Assembly (NCBI GenBank): GCA_963740315.1
Contig: CAVUDP010000002.1
Location: 3,136,001 to 3,200,000, forward strand
Direction of reading: 5' to 3'
Origin: an uncultured cyanobacterium
GTDB taxonomy: Bacteria; Cyanobacteriota; Cyanobacteriia; Cyanobacteriales; Nostocaceae
Length of the DNA: 64,000 nt
The notes under the pieces are model-generated. The model searched no databases. It had not been told where the DNA came from and saw nothing but the letters and a program-made list of their open reading frames with translations. The first letter of the stretch is position 1. Every line of letters starts with the position of its first letter. Both the position numbers and the translations under genes were made by a program. Below are positions 31,173 through 41,726 of the stretch, piece after piece.

Positions 31173-33275
31173 CTAAATTCCGAAAGCAAGTTCCCAATTC
31201 TTTAATTTGCCTACATCTTCTGGAGCCGTATCAATAATCCATAATTGCCAGCGCCCTTTGGCTGACTGATTGAGTAAATTTTTCAAAACTGGATGGGTTT
31301 GCACGCAATAGGTGGTTTGTAATTCGTTACGACGACCTAAAGTACGACTTTGCAATAACACCCGTTGATTGTTGGGGGCAATTAAGTAAATTTCAATATC
31401 GCCCAGAAATTCATGTTGGATGTTGACGGTAACTTGAATATCGCGAACGGAGTTGGATTCAGATATAATAATTCCGCTTTTTATCCCTTCTTTGTAATTA
31501 TCGGGAATAGATAATACTGCATTATTACGTCCTCTTATATTGCTAGTTGCAACTGCGGCATTAACTTGAAGCTTTTGCGCTGCTATAAGCGCTCTATACG
31601 CATTTACTTTTCCGAAACCAAACCATTTTGAATGACCGTTATCATCGTAAGTTCCATAACGCAAACCTAATTGTGCGTCGGGTTCTAAATCAACTATTTT
31701 ATCGGCGGTTTCTTCAAGTATGCGTTTTACTTGTTGAACATTTATGTCAGGGTTCGCTGACAAAACCAGCGCTGCAACTCCAGCAACTACGGGAGTGGCG
31801 CTAGAAGTGCCGCCAAAATAATGAGTAAAATCGCCGATCGCGTAACCTGCGGCTCCTAATCGATCGGTTGTGAATATTGCCTTTCCTGGAAGTGAAGCTG
31901 CGATCGCGGGTTGAGTATAGATAAAACCCGTTTGTTCAAACCACATTCCTGGTTGAGCATTATTGCTGGGGGCGCAGACGGAAATATTAGTACCCCAATT
32001 ACTGTAGGCGGCTTTTTTGTTCAAACTAGTGGATGCAGCAACAGTCATGACATCCGGATGCACCGCAAAACCATTGAGCCATCGCGTCTTACCCGTAACA
32101 ATATTTTTCACCCAACCGCGTTCGTGTACGGTACCGTTAATCGGACGGTTAGCGTTTCCGGCAGCAAATAAAATCACGCAACCCTTACCGTTACGTCCTT
32201 TGGTGGCAGCGCGAGTAATAGCAGCACGCTGACGCAAGGAAAGAGGGAAATACACCGCCGATGCTCCCCAGCTGCAAGAAATTACACTAGCTCCTTTTTC
32301 AATCGCCCAATCAAAAATAGCTTCAATAGATTCATCATCTAAAAATCCACTAGTACGAATAGGCATAAACGCACAACCCGGAGCAATTCCGGCAATTCCC
32401 GTACCATTTTCTTCGGCGATCGCGATTCCAGCACAAGCAGTACCGTGACTGGGATGTTTTTGCGTAGGTATTGGTAAAAAATCTTTATCTTTTAAATCTA
32501 ACGGAGCGACTATTTTTCCACTACCCATAAAATCGGGATGATTGAGATCGTAATATTCATCAACCACCGCTACGATAACCGAACGAACTCCCCGCGTGAT
32601 GTCCCAAGCTTTTTCGATTGAAATATGAGATCCATGTACCAATTGATTCCCACCATTATGGTCTAGATACCATTGTTGAAAATAAAGAGGATCGCGAGGT
32701 TTGTAGTGGGGTTCTTGATGGATAATAATATTAGGTTCGCTAGCTAAAACTTCGGGTAATCTTTGTAACCTATTAGCAATTTTGATCGGATTTTGTGTAG
32801 CTTGTTCGCCAACAAAAAATACAAAAGTATTAGGAAGACCATCAACAGCTTTATAAAGAACCAAACCAAACTTTGCTGCGATCGCATTAATTCTGGCAGA
32901 ATCGACGATCGCAGCAAATTCAATAGTAATTTGGTCGCCTAAATAAACAGATGTCACCGGATTACCTTTTATTTGGTAAACATGACTGGCAAAAGCAACA
33001 TTTGTCGAACTCCGCGCTTGAGACATCGCCATCTCTAACTTACTGGGCGCAACCTTAAACAATTCCAAACGAGAAGTAGGAATAGTACCGCGCCAACTAC
33101 CTAAAAAATTCTGAGCTAATTCTTTGGTAGTAATATCAGCATTGCTGCGAACGGTAAAACGGTCTGAAACCTTTTCTAATGCTAATTCTTCACCACCACG
33201 TTGTATAATCATTCCTAAACTGCTATTTGGCATTCCAGACGAAGAATTGAGGGGTGAATTTGCGCTCGTATTCAT
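31173..33275 (-). CDS. S8 subtilisin/kexin-like serine peptidase with P (proprotein convertase) domain
   Basis: VAVVD, HGTACAG, AAGN, GTSSATP; C-terminal VNIQH...GRWQLWIID. Confidence 0.92.
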   Translation of the reverse strand: MNTSANSPLNSSSGMPNSSLGMIIQRGGEELALEKVSDRFTVRSNADITTKELAQNFLGSWRGTIPTSRLELFKVAPSKLEMAMSQARSSTNVAFASHVYQIKGNPVTSVYLGDQITIEFAAIVDSARINAIAAKFGLVLYKAVDGLPNTFVFFVGEQATQNPIKIANRLQRLPEVLASEPNIIIHQEPHYKPRDPLYFQQWYLDHNGGNQLVHGSHISIEKAWDITRGVRSVIVAVVDEYYDLNHPDFMGSGKIVAPLDLKDKDFLPIPTQKHPSHGTACAGIAIAEENGTGIAGIAPGCAFMPIRTSGFLDDESIEAIFDWAIEKGASVISCSWGASAVYFPLSLRQRAAITRAATKGRNGKGCVILFAAGNANRPINGTVHERGWVKNIVTGKTRWLNGFAVHPDVMTVAASTSLNKKAAYSNWGTNISVCAPSNNAQPGMWFEQTGFIYTQPAIAASLPGKAIFTTDRLGAAGYAIGDFTHYFGGTSSATPVVAGVAALVLSANPDINVQQVKRILEETADKIVDLEPDAQLGLRYGTYDDNGHSKWFGFGKVNAYRALIAAQKLQVNAAVATSNIRGRNNAVLSIPDNYKEGIKSGIIISESNSVRDIQVTVNIQHEFLGDIEIYLIAPNNQRVLLQSRTLGRRNELQTTYCVQTHPVLKNLLNQSAKGRWQLWIIDTAPEDVGKLKNWELAFGI

Positions 33276-33424
33276 AACAGCTATATTTCGTGACGTAATA
33301 GTTGTGGGAACTCAATTGAGAAGATTTTCAGTCTAAATCAGAGATACGAGTGTATGTGGCTTTGCTTTGTTTCATAGCAAAACAGAGTTAAGATACCCGA
33401 AGTTTATGTCCCTGTTCTGTTTAA

Positions 33425-34036
33425 TTGTCCCAAGTATTTATCCCCATGAAATTTGCCGCAACCGTTCCCCATATTTCCCTTAGTTTGCTATCGGTAATAA
33501 CAAGTTTTAGCTTGCTATCACCCGCTGATGCTCAGGTTAAACTACCTAGCGGTAGCACGCAAGTACAGCCCATAGATCCAAACGATCCAAATAATCTTCA
33601 GCCAACCGGACAAACAACAAGTGTTTTGAGCGAGGAAGGTGGAAAGCGTTTGATGTCAGAGGCTGGTAATGCAGTTTCTTCCCAAAACTACGCTTTAGCT
33701 GCGGATAAACTCAAGGAAGCACGTTTAGTTTTCAATCAGCTATCAAATTTCTACCAGCAATTAAATTCTAGTTTTGCCGGAATTGACAACCGGATAGCCG
33801 ATTCGCAGCGCAAAAAAGCTTTATCTACTGCTCAAATGCGGGATGAAGCCACATATCAGCTAGCATTAGTACATAGAGCGCAAAACAAGCCAGAATTAGC
33901 CGTACCTTTATTGGTGCAAATTATCAAAAGTCAAAATCCCACCAGAGACTTAGGCAAAAAAGCTTATCAACAATTATTTGAATTAGGCTTTGTTGATTCT
34001 CCTCCTAGTGGCGGTAACGCTTCCTCTCGCAAATAA
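33425..34036 (+). CDS. Conserved exported helical (TPR-like) protein
   Basis: Signal peptide ending ADA; RDEATYQLALVHRAQ...AYQQLFELGFV; start may be a downstream ATG. Confidence 0.75.
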   Translation: MSQVFIPMKFAATVPHISLSLLSVITSFSLLSPADAQVKLPSGSTQVQPIDPNDPNNLQPTGQTTSVLSEEGGKRLMSEAGNAVSSQNYALAADKLKEARLVFNQLSNFYQQLNSSFAGIDNRIADSQRKKALSTAQMRDEATYQLALVHRAQNKPELAVPLLVQIIKSQNPTRDLGKKAYQQLFELGFVDSPPSGGNASSRK

Positions 34037-34268
34037 TTTTTTTATACCAACTATAAAATTCTTAAATACACCACCGCTAAACTTTTGGCGGTGGCTTTTG
34101 AGTTTCTAATGGTAGGATGAAATTACCTGTAATTCTTCAAGCAAACTAAATTCATTGGTAACTGCTAACTGCTAACTGATAACTGGTCACTGATAAGCGA
34201 TCGCTGCTGTCTAAAATTTGTACATAATATATAAAGTGTAGACAATCAATTAATTTTAGGGATTTTAG

Positions 34269-34526
34269 ATGATAAGTCCGCAGCAAGTAAAGGAAATGAT
34301 CGTGGCGGAAATGCCAGATGCTCAAGTTGAAGTACAAGATTTAACTGGCGGTGGCGACCATTATCAAGTAAGTGTGGTTTCATCGCAGTTTGCAGGCAAG
34401 GGATTAGTAAAGCAACATCAGTTAGTGTACGGTGCGTTGAAACAAGCTATGTCTACCGAAGCTATTCACGCCTTAGCACTCAAAACATACACTCCCGAAG
34501 CTTGGCAAGCAACAGTCGCTTCATAA
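34269..34526 (+). CDS. bolA: BolA family protein
   Basis: [22 protein letters not shown]. Confidence 0.92.
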   Translation: MISPQQVKEMIVAEMPDAQVEVQDLTGGGDHYQVSVVSSQFAGKGLVKQHQLVYGALKQAMSTEAIHALALKTYTPEAWQATVAS

Positions 34527-34641
34527 TTTAAGCTATAAGTATAAGTTATGAGTTACAAATGCCCAGTTGAGGTAATGACTCTTAGCTTAATAGTTGAAAT
34601 GCTAGTCTTCGTAATCAAAACACCATAAAAAGGTAAACATC

Positions 34642-34965
34642 ATGACACCCGAAGTTAAAGAAAGAATTGATAATTTAGTACAGCAAAACAAAATCATGGT
34701 TTTCATGAAGGGAAGCAAATTAATGCCAATGTGCGGCTTCTCTAACAATGTTGTTCAAATTATTAACACCTTGGCAGTTCCCTACGAGACTTGTGACATC
34801 CTCGAAGATGCAGAAATACGTCAAGGCATCAAAGAATATTCCAACTGGCCTACAATTCCCCAAGTGTACGTGAATGGTGAATTTGTTGGTGGAAGTGATA
34901 TTTTGATTGAACTTTACCAAAAAGGTGAATTACAGCAAATGGTTGAAGTCGCAATGGCTTCTTGA
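34642..34965 (+). CDS. grxD: Monothiol glutaredoxin (Grx4)
   Basis: CGFS, WPTIPQ, GGSDI. Confidence 0.95.
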   Translation: MTPEVKERIDNLVQQNKIMVFMKGSKLMPMCGFSNNVVQIINTLAVPYETCDILEDAEIRQGIKEYSNWPTIPQVYVNGEFVGGSDILIELYQKGELQQMVEVAMAS

Positions 34966-35100
34966 TTAAGTTGAATTTTATCTGATAGCTGTCGAAATTC
35001 TTCCATCTAGTTCCCAGGCTCGGTTCCTGGGAATTAGCTTTTAGAGGCTCTGCCTGCGATTATTGCAATTGGTGCAAGATGTGAATTCTAATTGGTTCAT

Positions 35101-35262
35101 AGTACTCCGCCACATTAATTTTGATGGGTAATAAAGGTTCGTAGTAAGAGTTTTAACTCTTATTCTGACGATTAAAATCCTCGCATGGAAGGGAGTACAG
35201 CCCTTACTACAAACCTGAATACTAGTTGCTCCGCCTCTGGTTAACTTTGGGGGGCGGAGACT
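35101..35262. mobile_element. MITE-like element related to 16139-16317
   Basis: agtactccgccacatt ... gggggcggagact ends; internal gtagtaag...cttactac. Confidence 0.45.
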
Positions 35263-35479
35263 TTTACAATTGCGTTACAAGCGAGAGGTAGATTAAAAAA
35301 CCGAAAAAAACCCTCACCGATTTGGCATAACCAATAAAACGAGTGAGGGGAAAATTTACTTGAATTGCTACAAAACATCTACAAAAAATCAGACCATTGC
35401 TACAGTTGATATTCGCAAATAGTATGCTATAATCATCTGCGTTGAGCAGTGATTGCTATTAACTGACTGTGCGAGTAAG

Positions 35480-35728
35480 TTAATAGTAATCTGGTTCTGG
35501 TTGTGGTTGAACAACTGCAAAATTAGATGCATCGAATAAGAAGCGAGCAGCTTCCTCTTCTAAGCGATGAATGAAGTAAGGTTCAAGTTCGTTACCGTTT
35601 CGTAGTGCGGCTAAATAGCCGTCAAGGTACATCCGCATATCATCTGTACGATAACCGCGATTCCAGAGTTCGACGAAGGCATCGGTTAGTTTTTGATAGT
35701 AGCGGATTGTTCGTGCGTCTTGAAGCAT
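35480..35728 (-). CDS. Conserved cyanobacterial protein (DUF6761-like), divergent from nrrA
   Basis: MLQDARTIRYYQKLTDAFVELWNRGYR...YLDGYLAAL. Confidence 0.75.
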   Translation of the reverse strand: MLQDARTIRYYQKLTDAFVELWNRGYRTDDMRMYLDGYLAALRNGNELEPYFIHRLEEEAARFLFDASNFAVVQPQPEPDYY

Positions 35729-36220
35729 AGGATAAGTAAAAAGTGTCAGAAGGTTGGAATGAGAATTGTAAATGATTCAAGCCTAAATGTGAAGTATTAC
35801 TTCAGCATTACTGTAAGTACTACAATTTAATAAAATTTGCTTGTGAAAAATTTGTTATTGCTACAGCCTCTACATAGATCCTATTACTTTATACGCTAAA
35901 TGTGATGAGTAAATAAGCGATTGTTATATATTTTCGTCATTATTTATTAATTCTATAAATGGACGCTGAGATTAAATCAAAAGGGATATGTGCCTTGTTT
36001 ACATCTAGACAGCGGCTGGGGATCGTGGTAAACAAGTAGCTTGTTGGTTTTAGTTTTGAATGGAATTTACACTAATTACAAAACAAAGCTAACAATAAAT
36101 GTGTTTAACAAGTATAACAAAAAATAGAAAAATGTTACCAACTATATTGTAGGTGGGGTAATAGGCAAATAAACCGTTTAACTAAAAAAACGAATAAATG
36201 TCAAGCAAATGCGAATTGAA

Positions 36221-36263
36221 GTAACAACGGTTACAAAACCAAAGCTATAGGCTTTGTTACCTT
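36221..36263 (+). promoter_or_regulatory. NtcA-activated promoter of nrrA
   Basis: GTAacaacggtTAC (36221-36234), 23-nt spacer, TAcctT -10 box (36258-36263). Confidence 0.85.
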
Positions 36264-36296
36264 GAAAGTCATGCTCGAATGAGGGGTTTTGCCACC

Positions 36297-37088
36297 GTGG
36301 GTTCGGTTTGTATAGAAATTATTGAGGGGAATCCCCATTTAAGGTCGCTGCTAGGTTGGCACTTGCAACAACTGGACTATAGAGTATTTCAGGCAGCTAG
36401 CATTTATCAAGCAAGGGAAGCCTTCTTGACTCATCAACCAACATTAGTTGTTCTTGATGCTGACTTGCCTGATGGCGATGGAATCGAATTTTGCCGTTGG
36501 TTACATCGCCAGCAACAGCCTTTGCTTTTAATGCTCTCTGCGCGAAATAGTGAAGCTGATATAGTTACGGGTTTGAAGGCAGGTGCTGACGATTATTTGA
36601 GTAAACCTTTTGGGATGCAAGAGTTTTTAGCGCGGGTGGAATCACTTGTTCGTCGCAAGCGTACTCCTATAGCGCCAGCTTATCTAGATTACGGTGCTTT
36701 ACAAATCGACTTAATACAGCGCCGCGTCCGATTTAAAGGTGAATTTATTGATTTAACACCCCAAGAATTTAGTTTGCTTTATGTTTTAGCCCAAGCTGCT
36801 GGAATACCTCTTTCTCGCTCGGAATTACTGCGTCGCGCTTGGCCCGATGCAATAGATAATCCGCGCACGATTGATACACATGTATTATCACTGCGGAAAA
36901 AAGTTGAATTAGATCCACGCCAACCAAGTCTAATTCAAACCATTCGCAACGTAGGATACCGATTTAATGTCGAAATCCTAAATACAAATGTTTCTCAAAA
37001 TGCTCCCTCAGCAGTAAAAATAGCCAAGCATCAGCATCAACCTCAAAATCAATTTACACAACATTCTACGATTGCTTCCGGGCGATGA
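36297..37088 (+). CDS. nrrA: OmpR-family nitrogen-regulated response regulator
   Basis: MGSVCIEIIEGNPHLRSLLGWHLQQ N-terminus, receiver plus wHTH (RTIDTHV...IRNVGYRF), upstream NtcA box. Confidence 0.88.
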   Translation: MGSVCIEIIEGNPHLRSLLGWHLQQLDYRVFQAASIYQAREAFLTHQPTLVVLDADLPDGDGIEFCRWLHRQQQPLLLMLSARNSEADIVTGLKAGADDYLSKPFGMQEFLARVESLVRRKRTPIAPAYLDYGALQIDLIQRRVRFKGEFIDLTPQEFSLLYVLAQAAGIPLSRSELLRRAWPDAIDNPRTIDTHVLSLRKKVELDPRQPSLIQTIRNVGYRFNVEILNTNVSQNAPSAVKIAKHQHQPQNQFTQHSTIASGR

Positions 37089-37126
37089 GGGGATGGGGGG
37101 ATAGGGTGATGGGGAGACGGGGAGAT

Positions 37127-37255
37127 GGTAAGCCACTCTCGTGCGGAGGAACACGACCGTTGAGAGAAGTGGCGCAACCCGTTACTCTAACGAGTCGTGC
37201 CGCGAGTAAGGCTTGCGTCGCCTGAAAGGCGATACACGCGGAGCCTGCGGCTCAG
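37127..37255. repeat. GC-rich dispersed repeat (variant with internal substitutions/insertions) inside an STRR tract
   Basis: ggtaagccact...agtggcgcaacccgtt...cacgcggagcctgcggctcag shared with 15543-15620. Confidence 0.75.
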
Positions 37256-37330
37256 GGGGAGACAAGGGAGAGAATTATTAACTCAATACTCAATACTCAA
37301 TACTCTTAACTATTCTCAATGCCCATTCAA

Positions 37331-38113
37331 CTAAAATTCAAAATCATCGTCGGTTTCTGCTTGTTGCAAGTTTTCTTGCAGATCGTTCCAGTTGATTTGA
37401 GAAGCTGGTTGATTTGTTGTTAAACGCCCTTGTTGCAAGTAGAAAAGCCGGGTGCAAAACATTTGGGCTATATCTAACTGGTGATTTACCATCAAAATTG
37501 TAGTTTGATCTTTTTGGTATAGCCGATCTAAAACTTCTATAACGAGGTTCGCTTTAGCTAAATCTAAGTTGGAGGTTGGTTCGTCTAATAATAAAATTTT
37601 TGGCTGGATAATTAAACCCCTCGCCAGGTTTACCAGTTTTCGCTCTCCGGTAGAAAGTTGCGTTTCTGTTCTTCCTAACCAGTCGTCTGGAATATGTAGC
37701 TGTTCGATCCAGTAGCTTAAGCGTTGCTGAATTTGAGGCTTGGGTAGATTTCGCAATATTAGCGGATAAACTAAAGCCTCTCTTACACTCATCCCTAATA
37801 GCTTTGGCTCTTGTGCTACTAGTATTACAGATTGACGTAATTCTCTGGGGGCAATTTGCCGATATTCCCGATTTTCAAAATAAATTTTACCATTTGTCGG
37901 TTCGCATAATCGATTTAAAAGGCGTAATAAGTAAGATTTACCCGCGCCAGTTGGTCCTACAATGGCAATGCGATCGCCTTCATAAACCTCGAAGGAAATA
38001 TCCTGCAATATAGAGTATTCGGGTAATTTCTGCTTGGTTTGAGCGGTCAGTTTTTCTGTATAGCTGACTTGCTCTAATCGTAGTTGGTAGTGGTGCTTTG
38101 TCTCCAAATTCAA
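37331..38113 (-). CDS. ABC transporter ATP-binding protein
   Basis: GPTGAGKS, LSTGE, LLLDEPTS, H-loop. Confidence 0.92.
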   Translation of the reverse strand: MNLETKHHYQLRLEQVSYTEKLTAQTKQKLPEYSILQDISFEVYEGDRIAIVGPTGAGKSYLLRLLNRLCEPTNGKIYFENREYRQIAPRELRQSVILVAQEPKLLGMSVREALVYPLILRNLPKPQIQQRLSYWIEQLHIPDDWLGRTETQLSTGERKLVNLARGLIIQPKILLLDEPTSNLDLAKANLVIEVLDRLYQKDQTTILMVNHQLDIAQMFCTRLFYLQQGRLTTNQPASQINWNDLQENLQQAETDDDFEF

Positions 38114-38187
38114 ACCTGTTAATTAATATGCAGTTGAGTTACTTTAAAATACTATTTTGAACCAAAATGTAACTCGCTATTTTAATC

Positions 38188-38979
38188 GTGAACGATTCAA
38201 CTATATCTTGTCTGCCCCAGATGATGGATATCTGGAAAGAAACTCTTAATTGGAAACCATCTCCTCAACTACAAGCACAGTTTCAACGTCTCTATGAGTT
38301 AATTCTCGAAGGAAACTCTCAGCTAAATTTAACCCGGATTACAAACCCTGAAGAATTTTGGGAAAAACATTTATGGGATTCTTTGCGGGGAATTAAATTT
38401 TTGATTTCAGCGAAGAGAGAGGGGGAAGACGGGGTAGAGGGGGAAGAGAGGGAAGAGGGGGAAGATAATAAAAAAATTAGAATTATTGATTTAGGTACGG
38501 GTGCGGGTTTTCCGGGTATTCCGGTAGCTATGAGCGTTTCCAAGTGTACTGTAAATCTGGTTGATTCTACTAGAAAAAAAATTAATTTTATAGATAATAT
38601 TGTACCCAAACTTAATTTAAATAACCTTAAAGCAACTACTTGCAGGGCGGAAGAAATTGGTAGAGATAGCAAACATAGAGAAACATACGATATAGCCTTG
38701 ATTCGTGCTGTAGCTTCAGCTTCGGCTTGTGCGGAATATACTTTACCATTGTTAAAACAAGGAGGATTAGCCGTAGTTTACCGGGGTAGCTGGACTCAAG
38801 AAGAAGCTATCAACATGGAAAACGCCGTCCAACAATTGGGTGGAGTCATAGAATCAATCCAACAATTTAATACACCCTTGAGTAACAGCGATCGCCATTG
38901 TTTGTATTTGCGAAAAGTAGCAAGTACATCAGCGAAGTTTCCTCGTGCGGTAGGCGTACCAAATCAACGTCCCCTTTAA
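38188..38979 (+). CDS. rsmG: 16S rRNA m7G527 methyltransferase
   Basis: LNLTRI, KHLWDS, DLGTGAGFPG, RAE, FPRAVGVP. Confidence 0.95.
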   Translation: MNDSTISCLPQMMDIWKETLNWKPSPQLQAQFQRLYELILEGNSQLNLTRITNPEEFWEKHLWDSLRGIKFLISAKREGEDGVEGEEREEGEDNKKIRIIDLGTGAGFPGIPVAMSVSKCTVNLVDSTRKKINFIDNIVPKLNLNNLKATTCRAEEIGRDSKHRETYDIALIRAVASASACAEYTLPLLKQGGLAVVYRGSWTQEEAINMENAVQQLGGVIESIQQFNTPLSNSDRHCLYLRKVASTSAKFPRAVGVPNQRPL

Positions 38980-39096
38980 AAGGAGTTAGGAGTTGTAGAG
39001 ACGTAGCATGCGGAAATCTGTACGGGAGTTAAGAATTAAAATTCTCAAATATATCTCCTATCCCGGATTTAATTGATAATTGATAATTGATAACTG

Positions 39097-40320
39097 ATGA
39101 ATATTGATTTATATAAATTTTGGGAATTACCAATTGCTTTTTTATTGGTTGCATTTCTTTGTTTGTTAATTTGGAAAAAATCTGCAATATATGGCATTAT
39201 CGATATTTTTAACCTTCTTTGGGAGGGTAAAGAATGGTCGTCAGGATTGAAAACACCAGAAGATTTTTTAGAATATATTTTGATGCATCAAGAAGATGTT
39301 TCTCTTGTTGCTTATGAAGTTGGTAATTACGATAAAGGAGTTTTTTTAAATGCGGATAGAAAACGCCCCCTAGCTTCAACTATAAAAATTTTGATATTAA
39401 TAGAATATGCTCATCAGGTAGATCGAGGAATACTTTCACCTGAAGATTTAGTTAATTTAGCAGATATTGATATTTATTATTTACCTAATACTGATGGCAA
39501 CGCTCATCCAAATGCTTTAAAAGAATTTCAAACTAAAGGATATATCACTGCCGATCAAAAAATAAAATTGCAGCACGTTGCTACTGCAATGATTCGTTAC
39601 AGCGATAATGCGGCAAGTGATTACTTGATACAGCGATTGGGACGAGATAATCTTAATAATTTACCTGAAATATTACAAATAGAAAATCAAGATGTACCGT
39701 TACCTTTTATCGGTCAGTTTTTAAGTTGGGGAAATACCGATCGCGGTAAAAATACTATCGAAAGGTTGCAAAGATATCAAGAAATGCAACCGGCTGATTA
39801 TGCTGATGAAGTTTATCAATTAACAATAAAATGGCGTGATAACCAAGAGTTCAGAAGAAATACAATTAAGCAAATAAAATCAACTAAATGGTTGAGTTTT
39901 AAAGAACAACAAGCAATGGCTCAAGCTTTAAATTGTGGTGGAACTGCGTCTTGTTATGCCTTGTTAATGGAGAAAATATATAATAGTGCAATACTATCTC
40001 AATCAACCGTCCAAATTGTACGCAAATATTTAGAATGGACGATGGAGTTGGCAGGTAATCAACAAGAAATAGAAGTTTTTGGAACTAAAGGTGGGAGTTT
40101 ACCGGGTATCGTAACTGAAGCTAGCTATTTAAAACCCAAAAAAGCAAAAAATGCCCGAGTCTTTGCTTTACTAATCGAAAATATTCCTGGTGCTGTATGG
40201 TTAGAAATTATGCAAAACTATATTCAACAAGATTTTGAATATCAGCTTTTAGGTGATGAAAGGTTTTTTAATTTAGTTCGTCAGAGATTATCTACTACAA
40301 GTAAATCAATCAAAGTCTAA
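39097..40320 (+). CDS. Membrane-anchored serine hydrolase, class A beta-lactamase-like
   Basis: ASTIK (SxxK), SDN, KGG; N-terminal TM. Confidence 0.85.
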   Translation: MNIDLYKFWELPIAFLLVAFLCLLIWKKSAIYGIIDIFNLLWEGKEWSSGLKTPEDFLEYILMHQEDVSLVAYEVGNYDKGVFLNADRKRPLASTIKILILIEYAHQVDRGILSPEDLVNLADIDIYYLPNTDGNAHPNALKEFQTKGYITADQKIKLQHVATAMIRYSDNAASDYLIQRLGRDNLNNLPEILQIENQDVPLPFIGQFLSWGNTDRGKNTIERLQRYQEMQPADYADEVYQLTIKWRDNQEFRRNTIKQIKSTKWLSFKEQQAMAQALNCGGTASCYALLMEKIYNSAILSQSTVQIVRKYLEWTMELAGNQQEIEVFGTKGGSLPGIVTEASYLKPKKAKNARVFALLIENIPGAVWLEIMQNYIQQDFEYQLLGDERFFNLVRQRLSTTSKSIKV

Positions 40321-40740
40321 AATAAGGTATAAATACTTGAGATCAATCTAAGTTTCTAGTACTTTATCCTTTCGTATTTACAATTAAAAAAAATTAAAAT
40401 TCATACAAAGACATTAAAATTTACAATTTTGTTGAATTGAATAATTTGTTGAGTAACAAAAATGTACCATCCCCTAGAATTGCCCGAAAACCTACATTTA
40501 TAGAGTAAATTCAAGTTTTACAGTTTAGCTTTTTTCAATAAACCCGGTTTTTGAGCTTAGTGCAACATATAAGTCAAGAAAATGATTTGCTCCAACTATA
40601 TTATTTATATATAAAATAAAAATCTGGGAAGTGCGTATATTAAATGACGAGTTTTTCCGAAATATTCTTGAGATAATTAAAGAAAAAGACTATAAAGTTT
40701 TTACGAACAAAGCATAGCTGGGAAGGAATCTTAAAAAGCC

Positions 40741-41277
40741 ATGAGTGAAGCAAGTGAAGTCAAGACAACTGATACAACTAATAAAGGTTCGGGGTTTTCT
40801 AAGTTTAAGAAAATTCTGATTGGTACTGTAATTGCTACAATTGCGGGTGCGGCTCTATACGGTGCTGGTTGGTGGCAAGCACGTTCTCAATTTTCTTCTA
40901 GCGATGAGGTAATTAAGCAAGAGTTACAACAAGCAAAGGAACAGTTAACTACACAGAGAAACCGCACTTATTTGATGGAAGCTCGCGGCGATTTGTATGA
41001 TACTACAGTTAACTTAGACCAGCGTAATTTTGGTATAGCGAATACTCGCTTACAGGAAGCAGCCGCAGCTTTAGGCAAAGTTGAAGATGCAAACGGTAAT
41101 TTGAATATTAATAAAATACAAGAATTACAAAAGGCTGTTGCTAAAAATAATATCAATAATGCGGTTAATTTAGAACAGCAGCGCAATAATGTTTTAAGCT
41201 ACATCAACCTTTTGAATAAATTGATTCCTGCGGAAGAAAACTTAACTATTCCCGCATCTGAATCATCAGCTCAATAG
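40741..41277 (+). CDS. Hypothetical membrane-anchored coiled-coil protein
   Basis: Single TM then helical region (RNFGIA motif). Confidence 0.75.
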   Translation: MSEASEVKTTDTTNKGSGFSKFKKILIGTVIATIAGAALYGAGWWQARSQFSSSDEVIKQELQQAKEQLTTQRNRTYLMEARGDLYDTTVNLDQRNFGIANTRLQEAAAALGKVEDANGNLNINKIQELQKAVAKNNINNAVNLEQQRNNVLSYINLLNKLIPAEENLTIPASESSAQ

Positions 41278-41432
41278 TAATAAAAGTTCAGATTGGGTGA
41301 TACAGATCGATTGTGTAGAGACGTTGCATTGCAACGTCTTTGTTTCTTTTGGTTTATATAGAAAGTTTTATAAATTGATATTAAATTTTTAAAAATAGAA
41401 TAATAACAATCTCAAAACTGAAGAAAAAGTAA

Positions 41433-41702
41433 ATGGAAAAGCAATCATTAGAATACTATTTGAGCCTTCAATATCCTGTAACAGTTTATCCAGATACAGA
41501 TGGTGGATATGTTGCTGAAATTAAAGACTTACCAGGATGTCTCACTCAAGGTGAAACCCTTGAAGAGACAATAACAAATATTAATGAAGCGCGAGAATTA
41601 TGGCTGGAAACCGTCTATGAAAATGGAGACAAAATACCTTTACCCAGTACGGATAAAATTTCTCCCCCTCTTCCCCCTCTTCCCCCTCACTCAACTAGCT
41701 AA
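41433..41702 (+). CDS. hicB: HicB-family antitoxin N-terminal domain, orphan, C-terminus replaced by repeat sequence
   Basis: GGYVAEIKDLPGCLTQGETLEE...ARELW...IPLP. Confidence 0.8.
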   Translation: MEKQSLEYYLSLQYPVTVYPDTDGGYVAEIKDLPGCLTQGETLEETITNINEARELWLETVYENGDKIPLPSTDKISPPLPPLPPHSTS

Positions 41703-41726
41703 TCAGAAAGCCGAGAAGAAAGTAAT

